From Flavobacteriales bacterium (GTDB taxonomy: Bacteria > Bacteroidota > Bacteroidia > Flavobacteriales_C > GCA-002722245), in assembly GCA_045561495.1 (NCBI GenBank), contig JBJKXR010000004.1:1-59024 (forward strand): 59,024 nt of DNA, written 5' to 3'. Every line of letters starts with the position of its first letter. The stretch's first letter is position 1. Below are positions 39,601-48,533 of this stretch, one piece after another. The notes beneath the pieces are model-generated. The model was not told the origin of the DNA. It saw only the letters and a program-made list of their open reading frames with translations, and did not search any database. Position numbers and translations under genes: made by a program.

Positions 39601-39973
39601 CTTCAGGATAAGTAACGATAATTTTTTTTGCTTTGTTGTTAAGTTCTGAAAGTACCTCTGCCCTTTGCACTATATTCGCATTCTGAGTTCGACTCGTTTC
39701 ATAAGGAGATGTCGAACTTGCCGGATAATAAAGGGCTTTTGTTTCTCCCAAAAGGTTTTGAAGGTCATTATAAACGTATGCGGCTTCCTCCTTGTCGTTT
39801 GCAATAATAAGTTGTTTAAGTGGTTTTTTTACCTGTAATGCTGCAATCAAAACATTTAGAAAAGACCCTTTGTTTCCCTTTAAAGCTAATTTTTCATCTG
39901 TAAGAAATGAATCTTCCAGAAATGAAAATAAGGGATGCGCCTCAAAGTTTGATAGCCATTTAATAGAATTCAT
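36617..39973 (-). CDS. mfd: Transcription-repair coupling factor
   Basis: 1118 aa. Helicase motifs GDVGFGKTE, DEEQKFG and TATPIPRT; size typical of Mfd. Confidence 0.95.
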   Translation of the reverse strand: MNSIKWLSNFEAHPLFSFLEDSFLTDEKLALKGNKGSFLNVLIAALQVKKPLKQLIIANDKEEAAYVYNDLQNLLGETKALYYPASSTSPYETSRTQNANIVQRAEVLSELNNKAKKIIVTYPEALLEKVITKKELSKNSHKIKVGENLPMDFLIDVLFEYEFSREQFVVEPGQFAVRGGLMDVWSYSYDKPFRIEFFGDEIESIRAFDPSNQLSISKYDNIQILPNVQNKIIQQEQTSFIDFFGLSSIIWVKDVQFTLDKTEEGYQKAVDAWSQIKKDSIHQPPHDIYTTKNGLKDLISKTKVIEYGGTQFFAKAINIKLNITPQPNFNKNFTLLIDDIKKNNANNYALNIISDNPKQIERIHSIIEDHEAPDKQIRETLSFTPQYFTLHEGFIDKDTKIICYTDHQIFDRYHRFRVKDSFKKSNQSLTIKELTGLKKGDFVTHIDYGIGVFDGLEIIEQGGKQSESIRLIYKDKDVLYVGIQSLHRIAKYSGKEGKEPTLNKLGTNTWKTKKANTKKKVKKIAYDLIKLYAKRKATKGFGFSKDSYLQTELEASFLFEDTPDQVTSTIAVKKDLEKPFPMDRLICGDVGFGKTEIAIRAAFKSATDGKQVAILVPTTILAFQHYRTFSKRLEEFPVTVDYINRFRSAKDQKETLKKLEEGKIDIIIGTHRLAAKDIKYNDLGLLIIDEEQKFGVSVKDKLKTLKANLDTLTLTATPIPRTLQFSLLGARDLSIINTPPPNRYPIETSTIGFNEEAIRDAVSYELARGGQVYFIHNRVENIKEVAGTLQRLVPNAKIGVGHGQMEGKKLESIMMNFMNGDFDVLVATTIIESGLDITNANTIIINQAQNFGLSDLHQMRGRVGRSNKKAFCFLITPPQSGLTPEARKRLRALEEFSDLGSGFNIAMRDLDIRGAGNLLGGEQSGFISDIGYETYQKILDEAIQELKEGEFKELYAEELKEENRVFVKDCVIETDMEILIPTTYVNAVDERLRLYKKLNDIRKEDELQIFIKNLEDRFGDIPHQTDELISTMRLKWLAQKIGLERLYMKNRILRGYFISNPDSNYFQSKRFGEILSFVQENPKSCKIKETKGKLAITFNQITSIEEAFKTLNKINATL

Positions 39974-40017
39974 TGTATAAAATTACTTAAATTGAAAAAT
40001 AATATTACAAAGGGAAA

Positions 40018-40025
40018 CAAAACTA
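40018..40025 (-). promoter_or_regulatory. Candidate -7 promoter box (TAGTTTTG on minus strand) for mfd
   Basis: CAAAACTA on the plus strand, 45 nt upstream of the mfd ATG. Confidence 0.35.
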
Positions 40026-40150
40026 TTGAATGAATCGTTGTTCAAGCTATGAAAGGTTTCTTTTTCATGTTAAAAGTGCTTGTTTAAGGGTATTTTCACT
40101 ATTTTTTTTTATTATTTATTCAAAAAATTTTGATGCTATTCCAAAAAGTA

Positions 40151-40158
40151 TATTTTTG
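40151..40158 (+). promoter_or_regulatory. Candidate -7 promoter box TATTTTTG with upstream TTTG (-33-like) for the DUF2795 gene
   Basis: Exact TAnnTTTG match 36 nt before ATG 40194. A TTTG at 40129..40132 gives an 18-nt spacer. Confidence 0.45.
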
Positions 40159-40193
40159 CGGAAAATTGGACATTATTTTTAAATATTTTAGAT

Positions 40194-40415
40194 ATGTATT
40201 GGACGTTAGAACTTGCAAATTATTTGACTGATGCACCTTGGCCAGCAACAAAGGATGAGTTGATTGATTATGCAATGAGGTCTGGTGCGCCTTTAGAGGT
40301 CACTGAGAACTTACAAGAGCTGGAGGAAGAAGTAGAGTCATTCGAAAGCATTGAAGAAATTTGGCCAGATTTCCCAACAAAAGAAGATTTCCTTTTTAAC
40401 GAGGATGAATATTAA
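40194..40415 (+). CDS. DUF2795-like small acidic protein
   Basis: 73 aa. PATKDELIDYAMRSGAP...VTENLQEL matches my recollection of the DUF2795 pattern. Confidence 0.65.
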   Translation: MYWTLELANYLTDAPWPATKDELIDYAMRSGAPLEVTENLQELEEEVESFESIEEIWPDFPTKEDFLFNEDEY

Positions 40416-40426
40416 AACTTTCTTAT

Positions 40427-40452
40427 TCCCGTGAAAGCGGGATTTTCTTTTC
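40427..40452 (+). terminator. Possible weak rho-independent terminator
   Basis: TCCCG (40427..40431) pairs with CGGGA (40438..40442), followed by TTTTCTTTT. The stem is short. Confidence 0.4.
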
Positions 40453-40476
40453 CGAAATTGTAGAGAATAATTTTTT

Positions 40477-41385
40477 TTACTTAGATTCCCACTTTAACTT
40501 TAATGAATTCTTAGTTACTTCCATTTCGACTGTTTGTCCCATAATTAAAGCTCTATTATCATAAATATGTCCTGCTGGGAAATTAGTAAATATTGGAATA
40601 TTTAATTCACCACAAAGGTCAAAGAGTATTTTTTCTGAAGTTTTTCCAAATGGAACAGGACTATCTTTCATTTCAGTAAAACCACCAATAATTAATCCTG
40701 CTATATTATTAAAAAATCCATTGCGCTTTAGGTTTTGAAGCATTCTATCAACGTGATAAATATATTCTGACAAGTCTTCTAAAAAAAGAATTTTACCATT
40801 TGTTTCCCCTAATGAAACAGAACCACAAAGACTATATAAAATTGATAGATTCCCTCCAATTAGTTGTCCTTTTGCTGTTCCCTCTTTGCAAAGTTCCTTA
40901 GCGGATGACTGTATTTGATATTCCATAGATCCAAGCATAATAATCTGTCTGAACGAATCAAGGGATTCTAAAGTATTTTCAGGAAAGAAAACAGGCATTG
41001 TTGCGTGGACAGTCGGAATATTAAATAGTGTATTAATGTGCGCATGAAAAACGGTAATATCACTAAATCCAATTAACCATTTTGGTCTTTTTAAAAAAGA
41101 CGAGAAATCAATTTCATCAATAATCCTCACACAACCATAGCCTCCTCTTGCAGAGATAATTGCCTTTATTTCAGGGTTGTCCAACATTTTTTGAATGTCG
41201 GTTCTTCGATAATTATCATCACCACTAAACTGATTGTGTTCAGAACCTATAGTGTCTCCAATCACAACCTCCAGCCCCCAGTTTTCAAATGTTTTTATGG
41301 CGGGTTGAATTTCTTCAAATGTAATTTTTTTTGCAAAAGCAACAATTCCAATTTTGTCGCCAGGGGTTAAAAAATCAGGAGTCAT
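40477..41385 (-). CDS. LD-carboxypeptidase (peptidase S66)
   Basis: ATG 41385 gives MTPDFLTPGDKIGIV. Nucleophile motif GFSDIT and C-terminal FPAGH. Confidence 0.85.
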   Translation of the reverse strand: MTPDFLTPGDKIGIVAFAKKITFEEIQPAIKTFENWGLEVVIGDTIGSEHNQFSGDDNYRRTDIQKMLDNPEIKAIISARGGYGCVRIIDEIDFSSFLKRPKWLIGFSDITVFHAHINTLFNIPTVHATMPVFFPENTLESLDSFRQIIMLGSMEYQIQSSAKELCKEGTAKGQLIGGNLSILYSLCGSVSLGETNGKILFLEDLSEYIYHVDRMLQNLKRNGFFNNIAGLIIGGFTEMKDSPVPFGKTSEKILFDLCGELNIPIFTNFPAGHIYDNRALIMGQTVEMEVTKNSLKLKWESK

Positions 41386-41523
41386 AAAATAAATATACAA
41401 AACGTAATTTTGTAAATGGTGTTAATTTAATGACTTGCTTTTTGAAGTGTCAAAATTAATTAGACGATTTAAATCAGGATGTTAAGAGGTTTTTTAGAGT
41501 GGTTACTAAAATTAGTATACATC

Positions 41524-42132
41524 TCAGATGTGTTTGTCAAAAAGTGGATTTATACTTTCAATGTAATTTAAAACATTTTCTTTTCCTGTCTTTTTTGGAG
41601 AAGAAGTAACGAAACATGGAGGTAATTCTTCCCAGTATTTTTGTAATTCTTGCTCGTAGTTTTTGATATTAGAATTGAGTTCTTTTTGTTTGAGCTTATC
41701 AGCTTTAGTGAAAATTATTGAAAAAGCAACTCCATTTTCTCCAAGGAAAATCATGAATTCTATGTCTATTTGTTGAGGTTTTATTCTTGAATCGACTAAA
41801 ACAAAAGTGTTCATTAAGTTTTCACGATTGAGGATGTAGCCCTTTATCATTTTACTCCATTCTTCTCTTGACTTTTTGCTAACCTTAGCGTATCCATATC
41901 CCGGCAAATCGCATAAATACCAATTTTCATTGATTAAAAAATGATTAATGAGTTGGGTTTTACCCGGAGTTGATGATGTTTTAGCTAAGCCTTTATTTCC
42001 ACAAATCGAGTTGATTAAAGAACTCTTTCCTACATTGGACCGTCCTATAAAAGCATATTCAGGTAGGTCTGGAGTGGGACAATCTTTCCAGTGGGGTTTA
42101 CTGATTATGAATTTCGAAGACGTTATTTTCAT
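41524..42132 (-). CDS. engB: Ribosome biogenesis GTP-binding protein YihA/YsxC
   Basis: 202 aa. GRSNVGKSSLIN, DLPGYGYA and TKADK. Confidence 0.92.
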   Translation of the reverse strand: MKITSSKFIISKPHWKDCPTPDLPEYAFIGRSNVGKSSLINSICGNKGLAKTSSTPGKTQLINHFLINENWYLCDLPGYGYAKVSKKSREEWSKMIKGYILNRENLMNTFVLVDSRIKPQQIDIEFMIFLGENGVAFSIIFTKADKLKQKELNSNIKNYEQELQKYWEELPPCFVTSSPKKTGKENVLNYIESINPLFDKHI

Positions 42133-42184
42133 GCCTTAAAGTTAAGTAGAAATGGCAATGAAGTTAAAAGAAAAAGTTTTTAGA

Positions 42185-42949
42185 TTATCCTTTTCTAACG
42201 TTTTCCAACCAAGGAGTTAAAATGGTATTGAATTCGACAGGATGCTCCATCATGGGGGCATGTCCACATTTATCAATCCAAAATAAATCAGAATTAGGCA
42301 TTAGTCTATTGAAGTCCTCAGCAACTTCTGGAGGAGTAACAATATCTTGTTTTCCCCAAATTAAGCATACAGGAATTTTAAAATTAGGAAGGTCCTTTTC
42401 CATATTGTGACGGATAGCACTTTTTGCTAGTGCTAATATTTTGATCAACTTACTTCTATCTCCAATGATACTTAGAACTTCGTCTACCAATTCGTCGGTG
42501 GCCAAAGCAGGATCATAAAAAGTTTTTGCAGTTTTTTCACGGATATATTCTTTATCTCCTTTTCTTGGGTATTGGTTTCCAAAAGCATTTTCATACAATC
42601 CTGATGAGCCTGTTAATACCATAGAATGAACTTTTTCCGGCCAATTCGCATAATATACCAAAGAAACATGACCTCCTAAAGAGTTTCCGAGAAGCGTTAC
42701 ATTTTCATAACCTTTGTGATCAATGAATTTTTTTACAAATTTAGCTAAGGATTTTACTCCAGTAGTTGCAACAGGCATGTCATATAAAGGAAGCATTGGA
42801 ATTACAACCTTGTACTTTCCTTTAAAATGTTCGAATAAATCTTTGAAGTTAGATAGTGCTCCAAAAAGGCCGTGTAGCAATACTATAACCTCTCCTTCAC
42901 CTTCTTCTAGATACTTGAACTTACCGTCATCTTTGATTTTATACTCCAT
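42185..42949 (-). CDS. Alpha/beta-fold hydrolase
   Basis: 254 aa. HGLFG oxyanion region, GNSLGG nucleophile elbow and C-terminal GH. Confidence 0.85.
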   Translation of the reverse strand: MEYKIKDDGKFKYLEEGEGEVIVLLHGLFGALSNFKDLFEHFKGKYKVVIPMLPLYDMPVATTGVKSLAKFVKKFIDHKGYENVTLLGNSLGGHVSLVYYANWPEKVHSMVLTGSSGLYENAFGNQYPRKGDKEYIREKTAKTFYDPALATDELVDEVLSIIGDRSKLIKILALAKSAIRHNMEKDLPNFKIPVCLIWGKQDIVTPPEVAEDFNRLMPNSDLFWIDKCGHAPMMEHPVEFNTILTPWLENVRKG

Positions 42950-42972
42950 ATTTTATCCAATCGATATCAAAA

Positions 42973-42980
42973 CAAATATA
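42973..42980 (-). promoter_or_regulatory. Candidate -7 promoter box (TATATTTG on minus strand) for the hydrolase-engB unit
   Basis: CAAATATA on the plus strand, 23 nt upstream of ATG 42949. Confidence 0.4.
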
Positions 42981-43240
42981 GTAAAAGCGATGTGGGGTTC
43001 AAATTGTAGAAGAGAAAAAAGTGAATTCGAAGATAGAAAGCATTTTATTGTTTGATTTTAGAATCATCTTTTATCACTACTGTTTTTATACAACTATTCG
43101 GACCTTAAACTTATCAACAAATCAATTTAAACCCACTATTTCCCACTTTTATATTTTGGCTTTAAACACCAGTAAAAACTATATTTTTATCATATCATGA
43201 AACAAACTTTATGTATATTCGTTCCTAAGTTATCAACAAG

Positions 43241-43270
43241 GTGGTAAAGAGTGGTAAAAGGTGGTAAAAA
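43241..43270 (+). promoter_or_regulatory. Candidate MraZ operator: three direct GTGGT repeats in exact 10-bp phase
   Basis: GTGGTAAAGA GTGGTAAAAG GTGGTAAAAA lies 34 nt upstream of the mraZ ATG. It has the same core-plus-5-nt-spacer architecture as the E. coli TGGGN x3 MraZ site. A TATAAT follows at 43283..43288. Confidence 0.6.
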
Positions 43271-43303
43271 ACTTCTTACTTTTATAATATCAGTAGAAAT
43301 GTT

Positions 43304-43762
43304 ATGACAAATTTGATTGGAGAATATGAATGCAAGGTTGACGCTAAAGGGCGATTACTCGTTCCTTCAGGGTTGCGAAAGCAATTTTCTTCAGAAGCCG
43401 AGGGGAAACTATTTGTCAAGCGTGGTATTGAAAATTGTTTGGAGTTGTACCAAAAACATGATTGGGAATTTGTTTCTGAGAAAGTGAGTAGCCTTAACCA
43501 GTTTGTTAAAAAGAACAGGGCTTTTGCCCGTAAGTTCATCAGTGGTGCGACGCAACTAGAATTGGATAGTGTTGGAAGGATTAACCTTCCAAAGAATTTG
43601 TTGGAATATGCAGGAGTTAAAAAGGAATTAATCCTATTTGCATATGGTAACAAAATTGAGATTTGGGATAAGGCGGCGTACGATGCAGAATTAGATATGA
43701 GCGATAATGATTTTGCTGGTCTTGCTGAAGAAGTTATGGGAGAAGTTAACCTGGATGAATAA
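43304..43762 (+). CDS. mraZ: Transcriptional regulator MraZ
   Basis: 152 aa. GEYECKVDAKGRLLVPSGLR and a second SpoVT/AbrB-like repeat DSVGRINLPKNL. Confidence 0.93.
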   Translation: MTNLIGEYECKVDAKGRLLVPSGLRKQFSSEAEGKLFVKRGIENCLELYQKHDWEFVSEKVSSLNQFVKKNRAFARKFISGATQLELDSVGRINLPKNLLEYAGVKKELILFAYGNKIEIWDKAAYDAELDMSDNDFAGLAEEVMGEVNLDE

Positions 43763-44659
43763 ATGCAATACCACAAATCTGTATTATTAAAAGAAAGCGT
43801 TGATGCACTTGAAGTTTCAAATGGAGGTGTTTTTGTTGATGTCACGTTTGGTGGGGGCGGACACTCTCGAGAAATTTTAAAAAGAGCCGAAAGATGTTCT
43901 TTGTATTCTTTTGATCAAGACGAAGATGCTTTGGAAAATGAATTGGATGATGATCGATTAACATTGATTCATTCGAATTTTTCAGAGCTAGAAAATTCTT
44001 TAAAACTGTATCGAGTTGTTGAGGTTGATGGTGTTTTAGCTGATTTAGGAGTTTCCTCACATCAATTTGATGCTGAAGAAAGAGGTTTCTCAATTCGATT
44101 TGATGGTCCTTTAGATATGAGAATGGGGAAGGGTTTTGAAAAAACAGCAGCGGATATAATTGATGAATATTCTTGGGAAGAATTAGCGGGAATGTTAAGG
44201 AGTTATTCAGATTTGAAAGGTGCTGGTCGAATTGCTAGAAGGATTAAAGATGTGCATGATTCTAGCCCATTGAAAAGAACTGGTGAATTGGTTGAGGTAA
44301 TAAGAAAATTAGCTCCTCCAAACAAACACAATAAGTTTTTAGCCCAGGTGTTTCAAGCATTGCGAATTGAAGTGAATAACGAAATGAAAGTTTTAAAAGA
44401 GATGCTCCAACAAACAGTAAATGTTTTAAAACCTGGCGGAAGGTTAGTGGTGATTTCTTACCATTCAATTGAAGATCGTTTGGTTAAGAACTTTATGCGT
44501 TCGGGGGATTTTTCAGGTGAAGAGAAAAAAGATTTTTTTGGGAATTCGCTTTCCCCCTATAAAGTGATTACAAGAAAACCAATTGTACCGACAGAATTTG
44601 AGATAGAAAGTAATAATAGAGCAAGAAGTGCAAAATTGAGAATAGCAAAAAAAGTTTGA
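43763..44659 (+). CDS. rsmH: 16S rRNA (cytosine1402-N4)-methyltransferase
   Basis: 298 aa. HKSVLLKESVDAL, DVTFGGGGHS, DLGVSSHQ and ISYHSIEDR. Confidence 0.93.
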   Translation: MQYHKSVLLKESVDALEVSNGGVFVDVTFGGGGHSREILKRAERCSLYSFDQDEDALENELDDDRLTLIHSNFSELENSLKLYRVVEVDGVLADLGVSSHQFDAEERGFSIRFDGPLDMRMGKGFEKTAADIIDEYSWEELAGMLRSYSDLKGAGRIARRIKDVHDSSPLKRTGELVEVIRKLAPPNKHNKFLAQVFQALRIEVNNEMKVLKEMLQQTVNVLKPGGRLVVISYHSIEDRLVKNFMRSGDFSGEEKKDFFGNSLSPYKVITRKPIVPTEFEIESNNRARSAKLRIAKKV

Positions 44660-44660
44660 T

Positions 44661-44984
44661 TTGAAAAAACGAGTGAAAATAAAAAAATGGTTTGGTTTAA
44701 ACGATAAGGTTTTCTTTAACAACCTACCCTTTGTGATCTTTTTAACATTGTTGGGGTTTTTATACATCACAAACTCGTATTACTTGGAAGACACAGTTCG
44801 AGATATGGAGAGTTTAAAAAATGAAATCAATGATCAAAACAATGAATTTGTAATTACCAAAACTCAAGTAAGCATACAAGGCCAAAGGAATGAAGTAGTT
44901 AATAAAGTTGAGAAATTAGGGTTGGTAGAGAGTAAAAAGCCTCCTTTTCAATTACAAGAATATAGCAAAACAGAAAGTAAATAA
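44661..44984 (+). CDS. ftsL: FtsL-like cell division protein
   Basis: 107 aa with a single TM (LPFVIFLTLLGFLYI) followed by a coiled-coil-like segment. It sits between rsmH and ftsI. TTG start. Confidence 0.6.
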   Translation: MKKRVKIKKWFGLNDKVFFNNLPFVIFLTLLGFLYITNSYYLEDTVRDMESLKNEINDQNNEFVITKTQVSIQGQRNEVVNKVEKLGLVESKKPPFQLQEYSKTESK

Positions 44985-44988
44985 ATAA

Positions 44989-47070
44989 TTGGAATCAAAA
45001 TCACACATATTAAAAAGGGTTTATCTTTTCTTTTTTTTATTGGTAGCATTTAGCTTGCTGATTATAGGAGCAACTATAAATATTCAATTCCTTAAAACAG
45101 ATAAAGTAATTGAAAATGTTAAAACGACTACAGTAAAAAAGAGAACTTTTCCAGCAAAAAGAGGAGATCTTTATGCTAAGGATGGTAGTTTACTAGCCAC
45201 TTCCCTTACGTATTATGAAGTTGGATTGGATCTCACCTCTCCTGCAATTATAGAGGATACACTCAATAAGTACGTTCATAGTTTAGCGGATTCTTTAGAA
45301 TCTTTAATCGGGAAGAAGTCTTCTGGCGAATATTACAGAGATATTTTAACAGCATACAAGGATTCTGTTAGATGGTTATTATTAAGTAGAGGATTGAATT
45401 ATCCTGAATTTCAAAAATTAAAAACGTTTCCGTTTATAAACCAAGGAAGGTTAAAAAGTGGGTTGGCATACAGTAAGTATACGAAAAGAAAAAAACCTTT
45501 TGGTGTTTTAGCATCACGAACTATAGGGTCAAGGGCACCATTTGGTTTAGAAGGTGCTTACAATACGTATTTAATGGGGGTAGATGGCGAACAACTTCAG
45601 AGACGAAAATCAAATGTGTGGGTTCCAGTAAATAACGCAAATATTAAAGAGCCTATTGATGGCGCTGATGTGTATTCAACAATTGATGTCAATATTCAAG
45701 AAGTAGCTGAAAACGCGCTTAAGGATCAGTTGTTTTTTAATAAAGCAGACTACGGTTGTGCAGTTGTAATGGAAGTTGAAACTGGAAAAATAAGGGCTAT
45801 TGCAAACCTTTTGATTGATACTGCAACAGGTGAATTTACAGAAGCAAGAAATTTTGCAATTGCAGATGCAGAAGAACCGGGTTCAACAATAAAATTAGCA
45901 AGTTTCATGGCCATTTTGGAAAAACAACAATTGGACTTAGATGAAAGAAATATAAAAATAGGTAACGGAAGATATAAGGTATATGATAGAGAAGTCAAGG
46001 ATTCTCACTTTACAAAGGCAAAGTTGTCTGCTCGGGAGGTTTTTGAAAAGTCTTCTAATGTAGGAACTGTTAAATTAGTTGAAAAATATTACAAGAATAA
46101 TCCTGAAGAATATATTGAAAGGTTGTACAGTTTTGGTTTACTTGATAAACTCAATCTTGATATCATAGGAGAGGCTAAACCAATGATTAAGTCGCCCTCA
46201 GATCATGATTGGTATGGAACAACCTTGGCTTGGACGTCTCATGGATATGAATCTAAGCTAACTCCTTTGCAAATTTTAGCATTTTATAATTCAGTCGCGA
46301 ACAATGGGAAATTAATAAAACCGATTTTCATTGAAAAGATTGTTGATGAAAGTAAGAAAGAGACCTTATTTCAACCCCAAATTATAAAGTCTTCAATTTG
46401 CTCTCAAGAATCGGTAATTAAACTTCAAGAATTATTAGAAGGTGTAGTGAAGAACGGTACAGCCAAAAGGCCTTTTAGGGGGTCTTTATACAAGGTGGCG
46501 GGCAAAACTGGAACAGCAGTCACAAATTATAGTACTTCTGGTATAAAAAAGAAAAAGTACAGAAGTTCGTTTGCTGGATATTTTCCAGCTGATAATCCAA
46601 GGTATTCTTGTATTGTAGTAATTACTAATCCAAGAGAAAACGGTATTTATGGAAGTAGCACTGCCGCTCCCGTATTTAGAAAAATTTCGGATAGAGTTTA
46701 TGCTCTAGATAAAGAGCTAAGAACAGAACTAACGATTGAAAATAATCCAGTTAATGTAAGGTCTAAAAATGGACGTGAAAATGAAATGGCAACTATTTCA
46801 GAAAGGTTAAATATTGTTGCCAATGTAAGAGGGTCAAATACTTACGTTTCTGCGAAAATTAAAAAGAATAAATTGCACGTAAAAGCATTGAAGGAATTGG
46901 GTGAAAATGTACCAAATGTAAAGGGTTTAACTGTAAAAGATGCACTTTATTTATTGGAAGAAAAAGGGTTGAAAGTAAAAATCACAGGAAAAGGAAGAGT
47001 ACTTAAACAAAGTTTACGACCCGGTAGCAAGGTGATAAAAGGAAAACAAATAGAAATTATTTTAGGATAA
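44989..47070 (+). CDS. ftsI: Penicillin-binding protein 3-type transpeptidase
   Basis: 693 aa. N-terminal TM, STIK (SxxK) and KTGT motifs, and a C-terminal PASTA-like tail. TTG start. Confidence 0.9.
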   Translation: MESKSHILKRVYLFFFLLVAFSLLIIGATINIQFLKTDKVIENVKTTTVKKRTFPAKRGDLYAKDGSLLATSLTYYEVGLDLTSPAIIEDTLNKYVHSLADSLESLIGKKSSGEYYRDILTAYKDSVRWLLLSRGLNYPEFQKLKTFPFINQGRLKSGLAYSKYTKRKKPFGVLASRTIGSRAPFGLEGAYNTYLMGVDGEQLQRRKSNVWVPVNNANIKEPIDGADVYSTIDVNIQEVAENALKDQLFFNKADYGCAVVMEVETGKIRAIANLLIDTATGEFTEARNFAIADAEEPGSTIKLASFMAILEKQQLDLDERNIKIGNGRYKVYDREVKDSHFTKAKLSAREVFEKSSNVGTVKLVEKYYKNNPEEYIERLYSFGLLDKLNLDIIGEAKPMIKSPSDHDWYGTTLAWTSHGYESKLTPLQILAFYNSVANNGKLIKPIFIEKIVDESKKETLFQPQIIKSSICSQESVIKLQELLEGVVKNGTAKRPFRGSLYKVAGKTGTAVTNYSTSGIKKKKYRSSFAGYFPADNPRYSCIVVITNPRENGIYGSSTAAPVFRKISDRVYALDKELRTELTIENNPVNVRSKNGRENEMATISERLNIVANVRGSNTYVSAKIKKNKLHVKALKELGENVPNVKGLTVKDALYLLEEKGLKVKITGKGRVLKQSLRPGSKVIKGKQIEIILG

Positions 47071-48533
47071 TGAAGGTATTGTCTGATTTGTTATATAAAT
47101 CTGGAATTGAGGAGGTTAAAGGAGGTACTAACCGTTCTGTCAACTCAATATGTTTCGATTCACGTCAAGCAACACGTGATTCTATGTTTGTAGCTACAAG
47201 AGGCAGTAATGTTGACGGACACTTATTTATTGATGCTACAATTAAAAATGGCTCAATAGCCATTGTTTGCGAGGAATTCCCTAATAAAATTGTAGATGCG
47301 ATAACTTATATTAAGGTTAAAAATTCTTCCTATGCCCTTGGAGTTATAGCTTCAAACTTTTACGATAATCCATCGGATAAGTTGAAATTAATAGGTGTAA
47401 CAGGAACGAATGGGAAAACAACAATTGTCACCTTATTGTATTTGCTTTATAGAGAATTAGGTGAAAAGGTAGGAATGCTTTCAACCGTTCGAAATCAAAT
47501 TTTAGGCAATACAATTCCATCCACACATACAACTCCTGATGCCATTTCAATTAATAAGCTTTTAGCACAAATGGTTGAGAAAGGATGTTCATATTGTTTT
47601 ATGGAAGTTAGTTCGCATGCTATTCACCAAAGCAGAGTAGCCGGTTTGTGTTTTGATTTAGCATTGTTTACGAACATAACTCATGATCATCTTGATTATC
47701 ATAAAACTTTTGATGCATACATAAATGCAAAAAAGCAGTTTTTTGATGAACTTTCGGTGAGTAGCACTGCTCTTACAAATGCTGATGATAGACACGGTAG
47801 TACAATGGTTTTAAATACGAAAGCCTCTGTTAAAAAATATGGATTAAAAGCCATGGCCGATTATAAATGTAGGTTGGTAGAAAACTCTTTTGAGGGACTG
47901 CATCTTAATATTGATGGACAAGATGTTTGGACAAGATTGGTTGGCTCCTTCAATGCGTATAATTTGCTAGCTGTTTATGCAGCAGCATTAGAGTTAGGTG
48001 GCGATAAGATGGAAGTATTAACATCTTTAAGCAGTTTGTCCGCAGTTGAAGGGAGATTTCAGCATTTCAAATCGACTAATGGTGTAATTGCCATAGTTGA
48101 CTATGCACATACACCAGATGCCCTAAAAAAGGTATTAAATACCATAAAAGATATACGTTCAGGAAATGAGCAGTTGATTACAGTTGTTGGTTGTGGAGGA
48201 GATAGAGATAAAGAAAAGAGACCATTAATGGCGAGAATTGCTGCTAACTTAAGTGATCGTGTTTTTGCAACTTCAGACAACCCAAGATCAGAAAATCCCG
48301 ATACAATAATTAAAGAAATGAAAATGGGATTAGATCCTGTGGAGCTGGCAAAAATTTTATCTATTCCAGATAGAGCAGAAGCTATAAAAACAGCATGTAC
48401 GCTTGCTCAACCGGGAGATATTGTTTTGGTTGCTGGAAAAGGACATGAAAAATATCAAGAAATAAATGGAGTAAAGCATCCATTTGATGATGTAGAAATT
48501 TTAGAAAATTCATTTAAAATATTGCAAAAGTAA
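47070..48533 (+). CDS. murE: UDP-N-acetylmuramoyl-L-alanyl-D-glutamate--2,6-diaminopimelate ligase
   Basis: 487 aa. [10 protein letters not shown] and the DNPR motif SDNPRSE. Confidence 0.92.
   Translation: MKVLSDLLYKSGIEEVKGGTNRSVNSICFDSRQATRDSMFVATRGSNVDGHLFIDATIKNGSIAIVCEEFPNKIVDAITYIKVKNSSYALGVIASNFYDNPSDKLKLIGVTGTNGKTTIVTLLYLLYRELGEKVGMLSTVRNQILGNTIPSTHTTPDAISINKLLAQMVEKGCSYCFMEVSSHAIHQSRVAGLCFDLALFTNITHDHLDYHKTFDAYINAKKQFFDELSVSSTALTNADDRHGSTMVLNTKASVKKYGLKAMADYKCRLVENSFEGLHLNIDGQDVWTRLVGSFNAYNLLAVYAAALELGGDKMEVLTSLSSLSAVEGRFQHFKSTNGVIAIVDYAHTPDALKKVLNTIKDIRSGNEQLITVVGCGGDRDKEKRPLMARIAANLSDRVFATSDNPRSENPDTIIKEMKMGLDPVELAKILSIPDRAEAIKTACTLAQPGDIVLVAGKGHEKYQEINGVKHPFDDVEILENSFKILQK

Noticed and set aside
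8991-41400. Upstream alternative starts given in the ORF track (8991, 10885, 12034, 22683, 34692, 36533, 41400; also 169, 6215 and 56197)
   Set aside because: Downstream ATGs give canonical N-termini, signal peptides or motif spacing, and they remove overlaps with divergent neighbours. The longer versions mostly start at GTG or TTG or add non-conserved residues.
43111-43239. TTATCAACA copies resembling DnaA boxes (TTATCCACA), as a possible replication origin
   Set aside because: There are only two copies, each with a mismatch, and no dnaA/dnaN or AT-rich unwinding-repeat context. They fit better as part of the mraZ regulatory region.
43282-43845. 187-aa minus-strand ORF covering mraZ and the start of rsmH
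   Set aside because: It is a Ser/Leu/Thr-rich shadow frame exactly antisense to the strongly conserved mraZ. It has no recognisable motif and no independent promoter or terminator context.
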